Origin: Alphaproteobacteria bacterium
GTDB taxonomy: Bacteria > Pseudomonadota > Alphaproteobacteria > Rs-D84
Length of the DNA: 64,000 bases
Direction of reading: 5' to 3'
NCBI GenBank assembly: GCA_031549365.1
Contig: JAVBPX010000003.1
Location: 8,703 to 72,702 of the forward strand
Part shown: one piece after another, positions 62,945 through 64,000 of the stretch
Layout: each line of letters starts with the position of its first letter
How positions within the stretch are numbered: the stretch's first letter is position 1
Position numbers and translations under genes: made by a program
The notes under the pieces: model-generated
Seen by the model: the letters and a program-made list of their open reading frames with translations, nothing else
The model's database searches: none
What the model was told of the DNA's origin: nothing

Positions 62945-62949
62945 AAATT

Positions 62950-63723
62950 ATGAAAAAAATATTTGAAATAATCTTTGCTGTTTGCGCAATTGTTACAACT
63001 GCGTCATGCGCGTCGCATGATAAAAATAATATTCCGTATGGAAAATCAATACCTGACACCGCCGAATTTTTCATTGGGCAACCATATATTGTTGCACCAT
63101 TGGGCGAAGGCAAAGACGGCAAAATTGATAAATCCCCCCTGTTCAGATTTGATGGATTTGATTGCGTAACATATGTTGAAACAGTATTGGCATTACATTT
63201 ATCCAGCGGCCAAAATGAATTTGAAAAAAACATGAATTCAGTTCGGTACGCCGATGGAAAAATTTCATACGAAAACCGAAATCATTTTATTGAATTGAAT
63301 TGGATAAAAAATAATTCCAAATATGTTACCGACATTACAAACACGCTGCCCGGGGCCAAATCCAAAACGATTCGCATTGATAAAAATTCATGGGCAAATG
63401 CGCGCGAAATTTCAGCCAAATTTGAACCAGCTGAAAATGTAACTTTGCCATACATTCCACGTAATAAAATTGATTCGAGCACATTAAAAAAATTGCCAAA
63501 TACTGCAATAATAAATATTTTAAAATGGGACCCAAATGTTAATAAAAAAATCGGCACGGAATTATTTGTATATCACATGGGATTTTTAATTGATAATCGC
63601 GATTTCTATCACGCGTCAACATCGGGCGCTGTTGTTCGGGTTGATTTTATAAAATATATTGAATCAATGGGGAATAATTTTGTCGGAATAAATGTGTTGG
63701 AAATTCGCCCACAACCCCTATAA
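62950..63723 (+). CDS. hypothetical lipoprotein
   Basis: Lipobox VTTASC. FDCVTYVE and YHMGFLI could form a Cys/His hydrolase pair. This is speculative. Confidence 0.5.
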   Translation: MKKIFEIIFAVCAIVTTASCASHDKNNIPYGKSIPDTAEFFIGQPYIVAPLGEGKDGKIDKSPLFRFDGFDCVTYVETVLALHLSSGQNEFEKNMNSVRYADGKISYENRNHFIELNWIKNNSKYVTDITNTLPGAKSKTIRIDKNSWANAREISAKFEPAENVTLPYIPRNKIDSSTLKKLPNTAIINILKWDPNVNKKIGTELFVYHMGFLIDNRDFYHASTSGAVVRVDFIKYIESMGNNFVGINVLEIRPQPL

Positions 63724-63737
63724 TTTTAGGGATTTTT

Positions 63738-64000
63738 TTATTTCACCAATCCGTTTTGTTTTTTCAATTTAATGATTCGATTGTACGATTCCCGAATACG
63801 GGATTTTGAAATTTTACCATCCCGTACCAATTTAATCACCGTTGCATGTGTTTTGGACGCAATGTCTGGATCGTATGTCATGTTATTTCCCATTAACAAA
63901 ATATCAACGCCTGCATTTATTGCTAATTCAATCACTGCATCCTGGCCCCATTCGTTGATAATTGCACCCATTTGCAAATCGTCTGTGATAACAACACCAT
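63738..64000 (-). CDS. nagZ: beta-N-acetylhexosaminidase (GH3, NagZ-like) C-terminal end. Partial: the start lies outside the window.
   Basis: ..AINAGVDILLMGNNMTYD... is a GH3 C-terminal signature. Confidence 0.6.
   Translation of the reverse strand, partial: GVVITDDLQMGAIINEWGQDAVIELAINAGVDILLMGNNMTYDPDIASKTHATVIKLVRDGKISKSRIRESYNRIIKLKKQNGLVK

Overview
AT-rich (about 38-40% GC) bacterial chromosomal segment. The gene content and order look alphaproteobacterial: rpmF-plsX-fabH, leuS-lptE-holA, a CcrM-type GANTC methylase, nrdR and mlaD. An obligate intracellular or symbiont lifestyle is plausible but not shown. Most of the window is housekeeping: argS, radC, map, holA, leuS, comM, ligA, fabI, secA, dnaE, rpoZ, a MiaB-family enzyme, rpsU, gap, ccrM, rpmE, ftsY, pgk, rnhB, slt, nrdR, a dimeric-type glyRS, dnaB and a partial nagZ. 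There are three tRNAs: Pro-CGG and a tandem Leu-UAA/Leu-GAG pair. A reduced type-A RNase P RNA (rnpB, about 300 nt) is on the minus strand and is overlapped by spurious ORFs. Many GC-rich hairpin rho-independent terminators, several bidirectional, stand out against the AT-rich background. Five things do not look like housekeeping. (1) A 10.8-kb gene encodes a roughly 3,580-aa autotransporter. Its passenger carries dozens of Chlamydia-Pmp-like GGAIY/FxxN repeats, an in-frame 2 x 324-bp near-identical tandem duplication, and an older module duplication. After the beta-barrel it is unusually fused to a C-terminal OmpA-like peptidoglycan-binding domain. (2) Right after the MiaB-family gene there is a DUF559 (Vsr-like endonuclease fold) module bracketed by two 38-bp GC-rich hairpin inverted repeats. 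It reads in frame into an RNHCP zinc-ribbon gene, which looks like a mobile-module insertion. (3) Two clusters of small alpha-helical ORFans (27.8-30.8 kb and 41.4-43.1 kb), several sharing a C-terminal xLG[FLQ] motif. They could be an effector-like paralogous family. (4) A 692-aa secreted protein with about 45 Cys next to the tRNA-Leu pair, within an envelope-protein neighbourhood. (5) A catalytically degenerate IMPase/SuhB homologue. No CRISPR arrays, rRNA genes or obvious transposases/integrases were seen.
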